DNA of 63,420 bases, filler included, from Octopus bimaculoides (Eukaryota): NCBI RefSeq assembly GCF_001194135.2. It is 5 parts of 5 records of this genome, joined end to end, with 100 filler letters (N's around TTAATTAATTAA, not from the genome) between each part and the next. Parts side by side here need not be neighbours in the genome. Positions count along the whole stretch, not along the records: positions 61,922 to 63,420 come from NW_026380419.1; 4 more parts are not named here. One strand, written 5' to 3'. A program made the translations under genes and the position numbers. Below the pieces are notes generated by a model. It was not told the DNA's origin. It ran no database searches and worked only from the letters and a program-made list of their open reading frames with translations. Shown here one piece after another: positions 63,256 through 63,420 of this stretch (positions are counted from its first letter, which is position 1; every line of letters starts with the position of its first letter).

Positions 63256-63420
63256 CGGTACTTTTTAACTAGAACAATGTTTGGACAAAGTCAGGATCTT
63301 TAGGGTTTGACGGGCAACATTTTTTTATGTAGTGTTTTTGGTACCGAAACACTTTCAAACTTTGTATACTTGTATATTTTGTGGTATAGAACAGATAAAA
63401 TATTTTGTATTCGAAGTTAT

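Overview
Repeat-dominated, AT-rich eukaryotic (animal) genomic DNA. It is very rich in microsatellites ((TA)n, (CA)n, (TACA)n, (GAT)n, (CT)n) and contains many N gaps. The SINE families and microsatellite load point to a coleoid cephalopod, most likely Octopus (inference, not verified). No complete host gene or intact autonomous element is visible. Recognisable content: a near-full-length but decayed RTE LINE (0.4-4.0 kb) plus many RTE 3' fragments; two decayed mariner elements with TIRs and TA TSDs; R4/Dong-type RLE retrotransposon remnants; Penelope-like (GIY-YIG) remnants; a Helitron-type non-autonomous element; three tRNA-derived SINE families; and several fold-back MITEs. The most interesting signal is a set of non-coding elements embedded in (TA)n repeats that carry type I hammerhead ribozyme motifs with complete catalytic cores (4640-4705 +, 4354-4419 -, 6476-6541 +, 42084-42165 +). 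Two of them are related ~520-bp monomers arranged as a partial tandem plus an inverted 5' arm, which looks like a retrozyme-like or non-autonomous Penelope system. Other points: a double-hairpin minisatellite in the RTE 3' tail, an R4/Dong family tied to (TACA)n, alternating CpG-rich and CpG-poor blocks whose edges partly match artificial TTAATTAATTAA scaffold linkers, and a few weak candidate exons. All analysis was done by eye; coordinates of degraded repeats are approximate.
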